In this document: piece after piece, positions 1-1,337 of the stretch
Numbering within the stretch: the first letter of the stretch is position 1
Layout: every line of letters starts with the position of its first letter
NCBI GenBank assembly: GCA_000004985.1
Contig: GG739444.1
Strand: one strand, 5' to 3'
Source: Naegleria gruberi
Lineage: Eukaryota
DNA: 1,337 nt
Translations under genes and position numbers: made by a program
The notes under the pieces: model-generated
The model's database searches: none
What the model saw: the letters and a program-made list of their open reading frames with translations, nothing else
Told to the model about the DNA's origin: nothing

Positions 1-2
1 CA

Positions 3-260
3 AATTCCCTACCTAATGCACAAGAAAATTTTTCTGTTAAATTTAATGAAGTACTTGCACACTACGATGAATTGATAAGGAATTACTCTCCGATTAATCC
101 AAATGGAAAAGTTGATAATTCAAACAACGATTACACAACATCATCCAGAAATACATCTGGTGAATATAATACAAATGATCAATTACCTAGTAAAAAGGAT
201 ATTGTATTTAATGGAAAAAGTGATAATATCTTCACAGTGATGATTTCATTTCACTACTAG
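3..260 (+). CDS. Frame-0 segment of the kinase-like gene: 5'-partial low-complexity (N/S/T-rich) region upstream of the kinase domain. The track's 72..260 TTG-start ORF is the tail of this longer open frame.
   Basis: The frame containing position 72 has no stop from position 3 to TAG at 258-260. It translates NSLPNAQENFSVKFNEVLAHYDELIRNYSPINPNGKVDNSNNDYTTSSRNTSGEYNTNDQLPSKKDIVFNGKSDNIFTVMISFHY*. There is no ATG at position 72 (the codon is TTG). The other two frames hit stops within the first 40 nt. Confidence 0.5.
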   Translation, partial: NSLPNAQENFSVKFNEVLAHYDELIRNYSPINPNGKVDNSNNDYTTSSRNTSGEYNTNDQLPSKKDIVFNGKSDNIFTVMISFHY

Positions 261-421
261 GACATGGAGGTGAAGGTGCTGTATTCAAAGTATTTCACAA
301 AAGCAAATCCTTAAGGGCTTTAAAATTAAAATATGACCCAGAGGAATCAGAGGAAACAATTAACTTATTGAAAAGAAATGATATTGAAGGAAAGATCAAA
401 TGTTTTGATTGGAATGGTTGA
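227..421 (+). CDS. Frame-2 segment: kinase subdomains I-IV (Gly-rich ATP-binding loop, A-x-K, alphaC region).
   Basis: LGHGGEGAVFKV at 257..292 matches the h-x-LG-x-G-x-x-G-x-V P-loop. RALKLK (A-L-K) lies about 15 residues downstream. Then comes the EETINLLKR alphaC-like stretch. The segment is bounded by TAA at 224-226 and TGA at 419-421. It was missed by the ORF track because it lacks an in-frame start codon. Confidence 0.55.
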   Translation, partial: YLHSDDFISLLGHGGEGAVFKVFHKSKSLRALKLKYDPEESEETINLLKRNDIEGKIKCFDWNG

Positions 422-557
422 TAATCACCTTTATACAGTTATGGAACTTGGAGAGGAATCATTATCAGATTATATTAAAAGGAATGATGAAATTTATCGC
501 ATTGTGAGCAAGCTTTTCATCATGATAGTCTACTTCAGAAGACATGTATTACAATAA
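372..557 (+). CDS. Frame-0 segment: kinase subdomain IV-V hinge and alphaE region, then premature TAA.
   Basis: HLYTVMELGEESLSDYIKR at 426..482 resembles the PKA-type '[20 protein letters not shown]' hinge. IVSKLFIMIVYFRRH resembles the alphaE helix that precedes the HRD catalytic loop. The stop TAA at 555-557 falls where H-R-D-L-K-x-x-N would be expected. Confidence 0.5.
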   Translation, partial: KEMILKERSNVLIGMVDNHLYTVMELGEESLSDYIKRNDEIYRIVSKLFIMIVYFRRHVLQ

Positions 558-788
558 TTCAGAGAGAGGCATCGAAAAGATTGAATTGTTATTATACACA
601 TGAAATATTTTTTACGCATGTACTTGAAAGGTGAAATTACAGAATATAAAAATATTGAAAAGGGGATTGGGGTGTGGAAGGAAATTAAACCATAAAGGAG
701 TTACTCTAAGGTAGTTGAACGATAGTCTGGAGAAGAAGTACCTATTGCTTGGAAGGCGAATTCTCAACAACCACAAATATAATTCAGC
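558..788. other. Spacer between the convergent kinase-like (+) and LRR-like (-) genes. No intact ORF. Possibly decayed kinase C-lobe rather than true intergenic DNA.
   Basis: All six frames are interrupted every 10-35 codons. It lies between the + stop at 555-557 and the - stop at 789-791. Frame 0 (+) holds weak ordered motif relics, described in findings. Confidence 0.4.
662..681 (+). repeat. Short G-rich island GGGGATTGGGGTGTGGAAGG within AT-rich spacer.
   Basis: Two G4 runs (662-665, 669-672) plus two GG runs (676-677, 680-681) within 20 nt, in a window that is otherwise about 30% G+C. Seen directly in the sequence. Confidence 0.3.
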
Positions 789-1337
789 TCAGTAATCTTC
801 AAATCCTAATTTTCGTTTCCATTCTCGAATATTCTTAAAGTATGGATTGAATTTTGAGGTCAATTCATCAATGCTATCATTGTGTTTCACATAGCAGAAT
901 TCAAAACATTCCAATCTTCCCAAATCTCCATCTCTATTCAAAGCACTTTGTAAAATTTTCTTGATATTTGAAACATGAATAGAATTTGATCCTTGTAATA
1001 AATCATTCCTGTGAAGTGAGAGAATTTTCAAATTTCTCATTGGAACAGAGAGTAGGGTAGAGGTTATTTCTGCAGAGGGACCTGTTCTGGTAACATTCAG
1101 ATATTCCAATTGATTTCCAATACTTTTTAGAACTAGTTTGCAAGTTTCTTCATCGACAAATGTTGAGATGGAGAGACCTTTCAATTTTTTGAAATGTTGC
1201 AAGTTTGAAACGGCCCTACTATTGAATGAACTGGCAGCGTAACCATCCTCTTTAAAATTCAAATTTAGAAATATTGATTGTTCTTTGCATTTTTCATTGG
1301 AAAGAATATCTGAAATTATTTCACTGTCTATTGCAGA
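789..1337 (-). CDS. Leucine-rich-repeat protein (cysteine-containing / RNI-like LRR flavour), C-terminal part. The ORF is 5'-partial and continues beyond the window. Stop codon TGA (complement of 789-791).
   Basis: The track ORF 789..1262 begins at a TTG (complement of 1260-1262), not ATG. The same frame stays open through 1263..1337 (...SAIDSEIISDILSNEKCKEQSIFLNL-NFKEDGY...). LRR-type segments: NLKILSLHRNDLL (about 996-1034), LEYLNVTRTG, KGLSISTFVDEETCKLVLKSI and ILQSALNRDGDLGRLECFEFCYV fit the L-x-x-L-x-L-x-x-N/C-x-L pattern with interspersed Cys. The basic C-terminal tail is FNPYFKNIREWKRKLGFEDY. The LRR assignment rests on pattern recognition only and has not been checked against a profile. 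Confidence 0.55.
   Translation of the reverse strand, partial: SAIDSEIISDILSNEKCKEQSIFLNLNFKEDGYAASSFNSRAVSNLQHFKKLKGLSISTFVDEETCKLVLKSIGNQLEYLNVTRTGPSAEITSTLLSVPMRNLKILSLHRNDLLQGSNSIHVSNIKKILQSALNRDGDLGRLECFEFCYVKHNDSIDELTSKFNPYFKNIREWKRKLGFEDY

Larger units (their letters stand above)
3..557 (+). pseudogene. Protein kinase-like gene, 5'-partial. N/S/T-rich linker plus kinase N-lobe (subdomains I to V/VIa). Interrupted by two frameshifts and ended by an in-frame TAA before the catalytic loop.
   Basis: Seen in sequence. Frame 0 is open from the window edge to TAG at 258-260. Frame 2 (227..418) encodes ...DDFISLLGHGGEGAVFKVFHKSKSLRALKLKYDPEESEETINLLKRNDIEGKIKCFDWNG, followed by TGA at 419-421. 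Frame 0 (372..554) encodes ...VLIGMVDNHLYTVMELGEESLSDYIKRNDEIYRIVSKLFIMIVYFRRHVLQ, followed by TAA at 555-557. Established knowledge: the Hanks kinase subdomain I G-x-G-x-x-G-x-V, subdomain II A-x-K, and the subdomain V 'LYxVMEy..ggsL.dyl' hinge are matched in the correct order. The frame changes and premature stop are direct observations. Pseudogene status is inference. Confidence 0.55.

Noticed and set aside
72-260. Track ORF 72..260 as an independent 62-aa gene starting with M
   Set aside because: The codon at 72 is TTG and the same frame is open all the way back to position 3. It is the tail of a longer 5'-partial ORF, the linker region of the kinase-like gene, not a standalone small protein.
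220-438. Two tiny GT...AG elements (220-260, 41 nt; 417-438, 22 nt) whose lengths (2 mod 3 and 1 mod 3) would exactly repair both frame changes if spliced, suggesting micro-introns or a ciliate-like gene structure
   Set aside because: Splicing them would delete the conserved P-loop start (FISLLG) and the HLYTV hinge residues. These lie in open frame and match kinase consensus. 22 nt is below spliceosomal intron size in most eukaryotes. The ends (GTG.../GTT... and ...CTAG/...ACAG) do not match ciliate GTA...TAG micro-intron consensus. Treated as coincidence.
597-622. Possible hairpin (acatg ... 14 nt loop ... catgt) and the palindromic AAATATTT at 603-610 as terminator or regulatory structure
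   Set aside because: The stem is only 5 bp with a large loop. Short A/T palindromes are expected by chance at this base composition. There is no T-tract or other terminator context.
640-660. ATATAAAAATATT / TATAAA as TATA box or poly(A) signal
   Set aside because: No canonical AATAAA or TTTATT in the spacer. TATA-like strings are ubiquitous in DNA of this composition and both flanking genes end, rather than start, here. Not supportable.
1-1337. Ciliate nuclear code (TAA/TAG = Gln, TGA the only stop) because the minus ORF and several + segments end in TGA
   Set aside because: Under that code the + strand kinase frames are still broken by TGA at 369-371, 419-421 and 582-584, and the frame shifts remain. 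The minus ORF contains no in-frame TAA/TAG, so it does not discriminate. The standard code explains everything equally well.
1-1337. Prokaryotic features: CRISPR repeats, tRNA/rRNA, transposase/IS ends, Shine-Dalgarno-led operon, defence-system gene architecture
   Set aside because: No direct repeats with spacer periodicity. No tRNA-like cloverleaf or rRNA-like conserved stretches. No terminal inverted repeats. Neither ORF has its start inside the window. The content (Hanks-type kinase, Cys-LRR, N-rich low complexity) is eukaryote-like. Nothing supports a novel defence or mobile system here.

Overview
The window is AT-rich, roughly 30% G+C by eye (18 of the first 60 bases are G/C; not computed for the whole window). 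It has no prokaryotic operon structure. Low-complexity N/S/T-rich coding sequence and the standard genetic code fit the ORFs. It reads like a piece of an AT-rich eukaryotic genome, for example a Glomeromycotina-type fungus or a protist with expanded kinase and LRR families. An AT-rich intracellular bacterium carrying eukaryote-like genes cannot be excluded from sequence alone. Two convergently oriented genes are present. The first, on the + strand at 3..557, is a 5'-partial gene. It encodes an N/S/T-rich linker followed by a recognisable protein-kinase N-lobe: the Gly-rich loop LGHGGEGAVFKV, an A-x-K, an alphaC Glu region, and the hinge motif HLYTVMELGEESLSDYI. The reading frame switches twice (frame 0 to frame 2 near 227-257, and back to frame 0 near 413-422). 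It then hits TAA at 555-557, exactly where the catalytic loop should start. No convincing HRD, DFG or APE motifs follow. This looks like a decayed kinase pseudogene or pseudokinase relic, or a locally mis-assembled gene. The second, on the - strand at 789..1337, is an ORF open to the window edge. The M of the supplied ORF track is only a TTG codon; the true start lies outside the window. Its C-terminal part has leucine-rich-repeat character of the cysteine-containing, RNI-like type. The two genes are separated by about 230 bp (558..788). This spacer has no long ORF, carries a small G-rich island, and may hold very degraded remnants of the kinase C-lobe. I see no CRISPR, tRNA, rRNA, transposase, or defence-system-like architecture. 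I cannot support a novel system here. The most interesting thing is the frameshifted, truncated kinase relic abutting an LRR gene.
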